Source: Malacoraja senta
Taxonomy: Eukaryota
DNA: 64,000 bases
NCBI GenBank assembly: GCA_038087875.1
Contig: CM075990.1
Coordinates: 16,742,001-16,806,000 of the forward strand
Reading direction: 5' to 3'
Part shown: one piece after another, positions 63,741 to 64,000 of the stretch
How the letters are laid out: every line of letters starts with the position of its first letter
Numbering within the stretch: the first letter of the stretch is position 1
Made by a program: the position numbers and the translations under genes
Notes under the pieces: generated by a model
Seen by the model: only the letters and a program-made list of their open reading frames with translations
Told to the model about the DNA's origin: nothing
The model's database searches: none

Positions 63741-64000
63741 CGCAGTAACCAGACCATTCGGCCCACCATATCTGTGATATTCTGCTCATCCCATTTCTCA
63801 TCTCTCTGCCTGTATTTATACCATTGTATTTCCTGAGCTTGTCTAAATAATTCTCTAAGGTCTCCGCATCCATCCACCCGCTCAGTTTAGTTTAGTGTCA
63901 CGTGTGCAGAGCTACAGTGAAAAGCTTTTGTTGCGTGCTATCCAGTCAGCGGAAAGACGAGTAGTATGTTCCAGATTCTCTCTGTGTGGACAGACAATAG

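Overview
Repeat-dense vertebrate intronic DNA. The repeat content (HE1-type V-SINEs, HER1/CR1 LINEs) points to a cartilaginous fish such as a skate or ray. Three exons of a CaMKII (CAMK2) gene are recognisable. Exons 1 and 2 lie on the minus strand at ~34.1-34.4 kb and exon 5 on the plus strand at 48958-49023, on the far side of a 200-N gap, so a contig is probably mis-oriented. The rest is mostly transposons: a 5'-truncated HERO-like RLE non-LTR element, CR1, Rex1/Babar, RTE, Tx1 and Penelope fragments, HE1 SINEs, PIF/Harbinger MITEs and microsatellites. The main discovery is two families of very short retroposons with (GAA)n tails, several flanked by TSDs, whose 5' end is an HDV-like self-cleaving ribozyme fold starting at the predicted cleavage-site G. 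Family A has a minimal 54-nt fold (5 copies). Family B has a 67-nt fold whose P2/P3/L3 core closely resembles the mammalian CPEB3 ribozyme. The HERO-like 3' UTR also carries a rearranged hammerhead core inside a long helix, and Penelope ends supply many minimal hammerheads. All RNA folds were derived by eye and none has been tested. Repeat boundaries are approximate.
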